Translations under genes and position numbers: made by a program
The notes under the pieces: generated by a model
Databases searched by the model: none
What the model was told of the DNA's origin: nothing
The model's input: the letters and a program-made list of their open reading frames with translations, nothing else
Part shown: one piece after another, positions 58,142 through 64,000 of the stretch
How positions within the stretch are numbered: the stretch's first letter is position 1
How the letters are laid out: each line of letters begins with the position of its first letter
Assembly: GCA_017436305.1 (NCBI GenBank)
Contig: JAFSDJ010000082.1
Span: forward strand, 33,199 to 97,198
Reading direction: 5' to 3'
Source of the DNA: Lachnospiraceae bacterium
GTDB taxonomy: Bacteria; Bacillota; Clostridia; Lachnospirales; Lachnospiraceae
DNA: 64,000 nucleotides

Positions 58142-58969
58142 ATGTTAGAAATTTTAAAAGCAATTTTATTTGGTATAGTGGAAGGTATTACTGAATGGCT
58201 TCCAATCAGTAGTACAGGACACATGATTTTATTAGATGAGTTTGTGGCACTGAATGTTTCACCGGAATTTTTAGAAATGTTTTTAGTGGTTATTCAGTTA
58301 GGTGCCATAATGGCAGTTGTACTTTTATTCTGGAAAAAAATATTTCCTTTTAATTTTGACAAATCAAAAGGTCCATTACTTATTAAAGAAACATGGGTTA
58401 TGTGGTTTAAAATTATTGTAGCCACTGTGCCGGCTGCTGTAATAGGAATTTTATTTGACGATATTTTAAATGAGCTGTTTTATAATTATGTAGTAGTTTC
58501 CGTAGCGTTGATTGTATTCGGTATTCTGTTTTTAATTATAGAAACGGTAAATAAAAATAAACAGGCAAAAATAAATTCCCTGGCAGAGATTACTTACACA
58601 ACTGCTACGCTGATTGGTGTGTTTCAGTTAATTGCAGCTATTTTTCCTGGAACATCCCGTTCCGGTGCCACAATTGTAGGAGCCTTGCTGATCGGTGTAT
58701 CCAGAACTGTAGCAGCAGAGTTTACTTTCTTCTTAGCCATTCCGGTTATGTTTGGTGCAAGCCTTTTAAAGATTGTAAAGTATGGTCTGGCATTTTCAGG
58801 GAATGAAATTATGCTGTTAGCTGTAGGTATGATTGTTGCATTTGTAGTGTCCGTTATTGTTATCCGTTTCCTGATGGATTTTATTAAAAAGCATGACTTT
58901 AAAGTGTTTGGATATTATCGAATTGTACTTGGAATTATAGTGCTTATTTACTTTGCTGTGGCAGGATAA
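58142..58969 (+). CDS. uppP: Undecaprenyl-diphosphate phosphatase
   Basis: EGITEWLPISSTGH and PGTSRSG motifs. 275 aa. Confidence 0.96.
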   Translation: MLEILKAILFGIVEGITEWLPISSTGHMILLDEFVALNVSPEFLEMFLVVIQLGAIMAVVLLFWKKIFPFNFDKSKGPLLIKETWVMWFKIIVATVPAAVIGILFDDILNELFYNYVVVSVALIVFGILFLIIETVNKNKQAKINSLAEITYTTATLIGVFQLIAAIFPGTSRSGATIVGALLIGVSRTVAAEFTFFLAIPVMFGASLLKIVKYGLAFSGNEIMLLAVGMIVAFVVSVIVIRFLMDFIKKHDFKVFGYYRIVLGIIVLIYFAVAG

Positions 58970-59058
58970 GTTAGCATATGCTAACCCAAAAAAGTTAGAG
59001 AAAGATAACTTAAAAAAATATAGAAAAAAATTTTTTCTATGAAATTATGACAAAATAT

Positions 59059-59087
59059 TTGACATACCAAAGAAAATGAGTTACTAT
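59059..59087 (+). promoter_or_regulatory. Possible sigma-A promoter upstream of the Ala/Lys-rich protein gene
   Basis: TTGACA (59059-59064), a 17-nt spacer, then TACTAT (59082-59087). Confidence 0.45.
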
Positions 59088-59181
59088 TGCACATAAGGGC
59101 ATGGAAAATACAGTATGTCTTATGAAAAAATGAAGCAAAAAAACTTGGTCACGATTAGAGCGTGTGAAGGGAGAAATTGAA

Positions 59182-59616
59182 ATGGCAGACGTAAAAGTAA
59201 CAGCAGCAGCAAAACCAGTAGCTAAGGCTGTAGCAGCAGCAAAGCCGGTTGAGGCAGCAAAAGCTGAAACAAAAGCAACTGAAACAAAAGCAGCGACAGC
59301 TAAGAAAGCACCTGCTAAAAAAGAAACTGCTAAAAAAGAAACAGCGGCTAAAAAAGAAACAGCTGAAAAGAAAGCACCAGCTAAGAAAGCTACAACAACA
59401 GCAGCTAAGGCTGAAGCAAAAGCAGTTGTTAATTTACAGTTTTCAGGAAAATCTTATACAACAGAAGATTTAGTGAAAATTGCAAAGGATGTTTGGAAAT
59501 ACGACTTAAAGAAAAAAGTATCTGATTTCAAAACAGTTGAACTTTATGTAAAACCTGAAGAAAGCCAGGTATACTACGTAATCAACGAAGAAGTAACAGG
59601 AAGCTTTGGAATCTAA
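59182..59616 (+). CDS. Small protein with a histone-H1-like Ala/Lys/Thr/Glu-rich N-terminal half and a conserved-looking globular C-terminal half of about 60 aa; function unknown
   Basis: GAAGGGAG lies 7 nt upstream of ATG 59182. There are AKKETA-type repeats, and the C-terminus reads ...VELYVKPEESQVYYVINEE. I cannot assign a family from memory. Confidence 0.75.
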   Translation: MADVKVTAAAKPVAKAVAAAKPVEAAKAETKATETKAATAKKAPAKKETAKKETAAKKETAEKKAPAKKATTTAAKAEAKAVVNLQFSGKSYTTEDLVKIAKDVWKYDLKKKVSDFKTVELYVKPEESQVYYVINEEVTGSFGI

Positions 59617-59646
59617 TACATAGCAGATTAGAAAGAAAACATTCAT

Positions 59647-59708
59647 AACCTCCTTCTTTATGTCATACATTATAGAAATGTATAGGCAGGAAAGAAGGAG
59701 GTTTTTTT
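59647..59708 (+). terminator. Hairpin plus T run that both ends the upstream gene and contains the RBS of the next gene
   Basis: 13-bp perfect stem aacctccttcttt (59647-59659) / aaagaaggaggtt (59691-59703), followed by a T7 run ending at ATG 59709. GGAGG (59697-59701) lies in the 3' arm. Confidence 0.7.
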
Positions 59709-61271
59709 ATGAACTTAATTAAAAAGAATATACATATGGATTGTCTAAAGAGTAGAGCATCCAATCAGATTACATTGGAGGAGGATTTTAATCTGCCAGA
59801 TGTAAAACCGGATATGGATAAAATTATTTTTAAACATGGTGATGTGAAAATTGAGGATGTAAAAACAAGCGGGGACCATGTAAATGTAAAAGGAAAATTG
59901 CTTGCCTCAGTACTCTATGCTTCTACGGACCCGGGAGAACAGTTAGCAAAGGTAGAAAAGGAAATACCATTTGAGGAGACTGTTTTTTTAGAAGGTGTGG
60001 AGAGCGGAGACAATGTAGACTACTATTATGATATAGAAGATTTTTCCGTTTCCATGATAAACTCCAGAAAAGCCAGTGTTCGTTCTATTATCGGGCTGAA
60101 ACTAAGTGTCAGGGAGCTTTATGATGAAGAAGCGGCCACAGAACTTTATGGAGACGAGGAAGCCGAATATCGGAAAAAATATTTGGACATTGCTGAAATC
60201 GCCATATGCAAAAAAGATATTTATCGAATTCGTGATGAAATAGAATTTCCGGCAGGAATGCCTAATATCGCCCGAATTATATGGAGTTCTATACGCATCG
60301 GAAATCTGGAATTTAAAGCTCTGGAAGGAAAAATTTCCGTACAGGGAGAGTTGCTTGTGTTTTTTCTGTTTGAAGGGGAAGGTGAAGAACGTCCTATCCG
60401 TTTTTATGAAACAACCGTACCTTTTAACGGAGTAATTGAATGTAGTGACTGTAAGGAAACGATGATACCGGATATTACATGGCAGGTATCCCAGAAAGAA
60501 TACGAAGTAAAACCGGATTTTGATGGAGAAGAAAGAGTTGTTGCCTTAGAGTTTGTACTTGATTTAAACATTAAAATGTACCAAGAAGAACAGGTAGAAA
60601 TTTTATCTGATGTATATGGTGTAACAAAAGAAATTACGGCTGTAACATCCCCTGGAACTTTCAAAAGTCTCCTTGTAAAAAATGAAGGAAAATGCCGGGT
60701 GGCTGGTAAATTAAAAATTCAGTCAGGAGCCGGGAAAATTTTACAACTAATGCACAGTGAAGCAGAGGCGGTATTAGATGAAACAAAAGTGGTAGAAGAT
60801 GGTCTGGAGATGAATGGCACACTTTTGGTAAAATGCTTATACATTACAGGAAATGATGAAATGCCATATTATGCATTGGAAGGTATGCTGCCCTTTTCTT
60901 ATGTAATGGATGTTAATGGAATTACACCTAATTGTACAAGTAACGTTTCTGTGGCTGTGGAGCAGCTAAACATTACCATGCTTGACAGTGAGGAACTGGA
61001 TGTAAAGGCAATAGTCCGGGTACAAGGGGCGGTATTTTGTGAGCATACGGAAGAAATGATTAAAGATATTCAGGTGCAACAACTGGATATGAATAAGATT
61101 AAAAGTTTGCCAAGTATGGCAATCTATGTGGCAAAAAAAGGTGACAGCCTCTGGCAAATTGGAAAAAAATATTTTGTATCGGTAAAAAGAATCAAGGAGT
61201 TAAATGGATTATCCCAGGATGAGCTAAGAGAAGGAGATAAAATTTTAATTGTCAAAGGTGTTCAAAAATAA
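59709..61271 (+). CDS. SPOCS (DUF3794)-repeat protein with a C-terminal LysM domain; SipL/SpoVID-like spore morphogenesis candidate
   Basis: 520 aa. The N-terminal pattern LPDVKPDMDKII...VKGKLLASVLY recurs internally, which is DUF3794-like. The C-terminal YVAKKGDSLWQIGKKY...LNGL...GDKILI is a LysM domain. Confidence 0.75.
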   Translation: MNLIKKNIHMDCLKSRASNQITLEEDFNLPDVKPDMDKIIFKHGDVKIEDVKTSGDHVNVKGKLLASVLYASTDPGEQLAKVEKEIPFEETVFLEGVESGDNVDYYYDIEDFSVSMINSRKASVRSIIGLKLSVRELYDEEAATELYGDEEAEYRKKYLDIAEIAICKKDIYRIRDEIEFPAGMPNIARIIWSSIRIGNLEFKALEGKISVQGELLVFFLFEGEGEERPIRFYETTVPFNGVIECSDCKETMIPDITWQVSQKEYEVKPDFDGEERVVALEFVLDLNIKMYQEEQVEILSDVYGVTKEITAVTSPGTFKSLLVKNEGKCRVAGKLKIQSGAGKILQLMHSEAEAVLDETKVVEDGLEMNGTLLVKCLYITGNDEMPYYALEGMLPFSYVMDVNGITPNCTSNVSVAVEQLNITMLDSEELDVKAIVRVQGAVFCEHTEEMIKDIQVQQLDMNKIKSLPSMAIYVAKKGDSLWQIGKKYFVSVKRIKELNGLSQDELREGDKILIVKGVQK

Positions 61272-61287
61272 TGCCATATATTATAAT

Positions 61288-61320
61288 AGCCCGATTAGCA
61301 TGTGCTAACCGGGCTGTTTT
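61288..61320 (+). terminator. Intrinsic terminator after the SPOCS-LysM gene
   Basis: agcccg(a)ttagca / tgctaa(c)cgggct stem followed by TTTT. Confidence 0.8.
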
Positions 61321-61370
61321 GGTTTGGAAAACTTTATAAAAAAATTCCCATATGGATATGATTCTGAAAA

Positions 61371-61994
61371 TTAATTCACGGTTGTGGTTTCAGCTTGTGC
61401 AGATTCTGCTTTCCATGCATCAAATTTGGAAATAACAGCATCGTAGGTTCTCTGTGAAATATCAGGAAGCTTGCCACCCCATGTTTCAGTAGCCTGTTCA
61501 AAGCCTTTTTTGAAAGCAGCTAACATTTCATCTGCTTTTTCAGGGTCGCCGCCGGATAATGCTTTTGCAAAATCTAAAATACGGTCTGAAGTCTGTTCAA
61601 CACCCCAGTAACCATCTTCAGCAATATCGGCCTGAGCCTGAGCTTTTGTAGCAGCATCTACAGTGAAGTTACCACTTGCTAAAAACTTCCACATATCATC
61701 AGCCTGTCCAATGGCATTTCCCTGTTTACAAATAAGCTGTTCTACAATGCTTTTTAACTGGGATGTTCTAGCCTCTGCATCGGCCTTTAATTTTGCGATT
61801 AATTCTGTGTTTGGTGTATAAGTTTTCTTTGCGCTAGTTGTAGCTTTGGTTGTGCCGTTACCCGATTCATAAATAACACCATTTGTATTCTGAGTGGTAG
61901 CAGCTTCAGTGGTTTTTTCAGAAGCTTTTGCCGGCTGGGTGTTATTATAATCTGTATAAGCATTTGTTGTACTTGTAACTCCGTTTACATTCAT
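61371..61994 (-). CDS. Hypothetical protein with a Thr/Asn-rich disordered N-terminus and a conserved-looking helical C-terminal domain
   Basis: AAGGAGGG lies 7 nt upstream of the ATG at 61994, so the track start at 62027 is rejected. The C-terminal motif is EDGYWGVEQTSDRILDFAKALSGGDPEKADEM...WGGKLPDISQRTYDAV. No signal peptide or TM helix is evident. Confidence 0.7.
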   Translation of the reverse strand: MNVNGVTSTTNAYTDYNNTQPAKASEKTTEAATTQNTNGVIYESGNGTTKATTSAKKTYTPNTELIAKLKADAEARTSQLKSIVEQLICKQGNAIGQADDMWKFLASGNFTVDAATKAQAQADIAEDGYWGVEQTSDRILDFAKALSGGDPEKADEMLAAFKKGFEQATETWGGKLPDISQRTYDAVISKFDAWKAESAQAETTTVN

Positions 61995-62222
61995 GTGTAT
62001 ACCCTCCTTGGTCAGTATTAAAAACAAAACTATAGATTCATTTATTATATCGGATCAAACCGGAAAAACATTTACCCGTGTTGCATTTTTTTTTTCTATT
62101 TATTATAATTATTATAATGTATACAAAGTACAAGTTATGTACAATTTCTTATAAAAACTGTGAGGTAGTATTAGCTTCAATTATCATTGAAAAGAAATAA
62201 TATGTAAAAAGAGGAAGAGCTT

Positions 62223-63095
62223 ATGGATCAAATTAAGAGAAAAGCATATGGGAAAATTAATTTAGGACTGGATGTACTTAGAAGAAGACCGGATGGTTAT
62301 CATGATGTAAAAATGATTATGCAGATGGTTTCTGTATATGATGAACTGATTTTTGAAAAGGTTGCCGGTAATGAGATTAAAATTGTTACAAACAAATCTG
62401 AGCTTCCATTAGATGAAAACAATCTGATTTATAAGGCTGCAAAGCTTATTTTAGAAAGGTTAAACAGCGATCAGGGACTTATTATTACATTAGAAAAGAA
62501 TATCCCCATTGCCGCAGGCATGGCAGGAGGCAGTACTGATGCTGCCGCAACACTCCTTGGTTTAAATGAATTATTAGAAGGAAATATTTCCTTAGATGAG
62601 CTTCTTTCCATGGGAGTAAAAATTGGCGCCGATGTACCTTATTGTATTTTACAGGGTACTGCTTTGTCAGAAGGAATAGGGGAAGTGCTGACACCATTAC
62701 CGGCACCGCCGGCATGTGCACTTCTTATTGGCAAACCGGACATTAGTGTATCTACCAAATATGTGTATGAAAATCTGCATGTAGATGCATTAGAAAAACA
62801 TCCGGATATTGATGGAATGAGAAAAGCTATTGAGGAGCAGGATTTAGAAGGGATTACAAGCCGGATGGAAAACGTGTTAGAAACAGTTACCGTTTTAAAA
62901 TATCCGATAATAGGCCAGATTAAGCAGATTATGATAGGTGAAGGAGCTATTAATGCACTTATGAGTGGAAGTGGTCCTACTGTTTTTGGAGTATTTGCCT
63001 CCAAGGAACAGGCAGAGAAAGCGAAAAAAGCTTTAGAGCAGTCAAAGCTTTGTGCAGATGTATTTACGGCAGAGTTTGTGAACAGTAACGAATAG
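62223..63095 (+). CDS. ispE: 4-diphosphocytidyl-2-C-methyl-D-erythritol kinase
   Basis: GHMP kinase motif PIAAGMAGGSTDAAA and N-terminal KINLGLDV. Confidence 0.95.
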   Translation: MDQIKRKAYGKINLGLDVLRRRPDGYHDVKMIMQMVSVYDELIFEKVAGNEIKIVTNKSELPLDENNLIYKAAKLILERLNSDQGLIITLEKNIPIAAGMAGGSTDAAATLLGLNELLEGNISLDELLSMGVKIGADVPYCILQGTALSEGIGEVLTPLPAPPACALLIGKPDISVSTKYVYENLHVDALEKHPDIDGMRKAIEEQDLEGITSRMENVLETVTVLKYPIIGQIKQIMIGEGAINALMSGSGPTVFGVFASKEQAEKAKKALEQSKLCADVFTAEFVNSNE

Positions 63096-63115
63096 AAGGT
63101 AAGCGAGGGCTAACT

Positions 63116-63793
63116 ATGAAAGATATGTTACAGGAAAATATGGATGAATATTTACCTCTTCGGGATGTAGTTTTTAAAACGCTGAGACAGGGAATTTTAA
63201 CAGGGGAACTAAAACCGGGAGAGAGACTTATGGAGATTCATCTTGCTAACCGACTTGGAGTTAGTAGGACACCAATCAGGGAGGCTATCCGAAAACTGGA
63301 ATTAGAAGGACTTGTTATTATGATTCCAAGGCGTGGGGCAGAGGTAGCCCAAATAACAGAAAAAAATCTTCAGGACGTATTAGAGGTAAGACGGGCACTG
63401 GATGTTTTTGCGGCAAAGCTGGCCTGCCAAAGAATGACAGAGGAACAGAAAAAAGAGCTGAAAGAGGCAGCAGATGCTTTTGAGAAGGCAATTGAAACAA
63501 AGGATGCTACAGTAAGTGCCAGGGCAGATGTAAGGTTTCACGATATTATTTTGGAGGCTGCCGGAAATGACAGACTAACTCAGCTTGTAAATAATCTGGC
63601 AGAGCAGGTATACAGATACCGATTCGAATCAGTAAAGGATGAACGGTCACACAGCAGACTAATTGAAGAACATAGACGGATTTATGACAGTATTGTAAAG
63701 AGAGATGAAAAAGCAGCTGAGGAAGCTGTAGGAACCCATGTGGACAATCAGGAAAAAGCCATTAAGGACCAACTTAGGGCGATGAAACAATAA
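63116..63793 (+). CDS. GntR-family transcriptional regulator with an FCD ligand domain
   Basis: wHTH (LANRLGVSRTPIREAIRKLELEGLV) plus a helical FCD-type C-terminal domain. Confidence 0.9.
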   Translation: MKDMLQENMDEYLPLRDVVFKTLRQGILTGELKPGERLMEIHLANRLGVSRTPIREAIRKLELEGLVIMIPRRGAEVAQITEKNLQDVLEVRRALDVFAAKLACQRMTEEQKKELKEAADAFEKAIETKDATVSARADVRFHDIILEAAGNDRLTQLVNNLAEQVYRYRFESVKDERSHSRLIEEHRRIYDSIVKRDEKAAEEAVGTHVDNQEKAIKDQLRAMKQ

Positions 63794-63859
63794 TAGGTAT
63801 ATTTTTTTCATAAACGGGAATAACTCTTTTAAATCAAAGAGATTAAAAGAGGTGTTAAA

Positions 63860-64000
63860 ATGAAAAAGAAGGCATATTTAGAATTATTTTGTTATAGTAT
63901 CATGAGTGGATTTGCTGCACTTTTGTTTGTATTTGGGACTATTTATCCGGAATACATTTACACAGAAGACAGTTACCGGGTGCTAACTGTAGAGGATTTA
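63860..64000 (+). CDS. Hypothetical membrane protein, N-terminal fragment (continues past the window end)
   Basis: ATG 63860 lies after AGAGGTG. It gives 47 open codons (MKKKAYLELFCYSIMSGFAALLFVFG...) with one hydrophobic helix. It is absent from the ORF track because it has no stop within the window. Confidence 0.45.
   Translation, partial: MKKKAYLELFCYSIMSGFAALLFVFGTIYPEYIYTEDSYRVLTVEDL

Noticed and set aside
59249-59473. A 74-aa alternative-frame ORF (K/Q/L-rich) inside the Ala/Lys-rich protein gene.
   Set aside because: It is a frame-shifted reading of the same aaa/gca repeat DNA. It has no RBS, and the annotated frame has a proper RBS and a globular C-terminus.
1-64000. A scan of the whole window for tRNA, rRNA, CRISPR arrays, IS or transposase genes, integrases, prophage genes, toxin-antitoxin pairs, known defence-system hallmarks (helicase/nuclease/SIR2/TIR/STAND), and riboswitch-like leaders.
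   Set aside because: I recognised none of these. All intergenic regions over 100 nt were read. They contain only promoters, terminators, the repeat element and the hairpins listed above. The patatin-like gene stands in a metabolic and envelope operon without CBASS-type partners. This was a by-eye scan without covariance models, so small RNAs could have been missed.

Overview
This is a 64-kb chromosomal segment from a low-GC Gram-positive anaerobe. Gene content and order look like Clostridia, possibly Lachnospiraceae, but that is inference only. I call 54 protein genes (2 partial), and 51 of them are on the + strand. They are tightly packed, with recognisable Shine-Dalgarno sites and many clean intrinsic terminators.

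Most of the content is core or housekeeping:
- pdxK-like kinase with an ECF S component, and a small radical SAM protein.
- An ABC-2 exporter, an HExxH protein and an OmpR/HK pair, followed by a 1749-aa secreted beta-helix/Big_2/FN3 protein.
- pyrG, ftsH and uvrC.
- A carbon-control and cell-envelope block: hprK-glcK-murB-rapZ-whiA-crh-like.
- dagK-like lipid kinase, fba, a cyclophilin, a GNAT, a Cache-GGDEF cyclase and a cation/proton antiporter.
- A sugar-sensing module (binding protein, YesM-like HK, YesN-like RR, second binding protein) with a ChvE/GguAB- or XylFGH-like ABC importer.
- Three MCP genes.
- pstSCAB-phoU and phoPR, fused without gaps to trx-MBOAT-DltD-like-aminotransferase-patatin.
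- uppP, an Ala/Lys-rich small protein, a SPOCS+LysM (SipL/SpoVID-like) protein, ispE and a GntR regulator.

I saw no rRNA, tRNA, CRISPR array, transposase, integrase, phage gene or recognisable defence gene.

The items most worth a second look are:
1. A ~55-nt intergenic hairpin element present three times, in two orientations, with a compensatory stem substitution.
2. The rapZ-whiA junction, which lacks the usual yvcK gene and carries an 18-bp-stem hairpin instead.
3. The Pho two-component genes, apparently co-transcribed with an envelope and lipid-remodelling gene set.
4. The ABC-2/HExxH/TCS module next to the giant surface protein, whose C-terminus consists of extremely Lys-rich FN3-like modules.
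5. The dual-binding-protein sugar sensor.
6. Lys-rich cytoplasmic N-terminal tails on two tandem MCPs.

I did not find a cluster with the hallmarks of a new defence or toxin system, so all interest scores are moderate.
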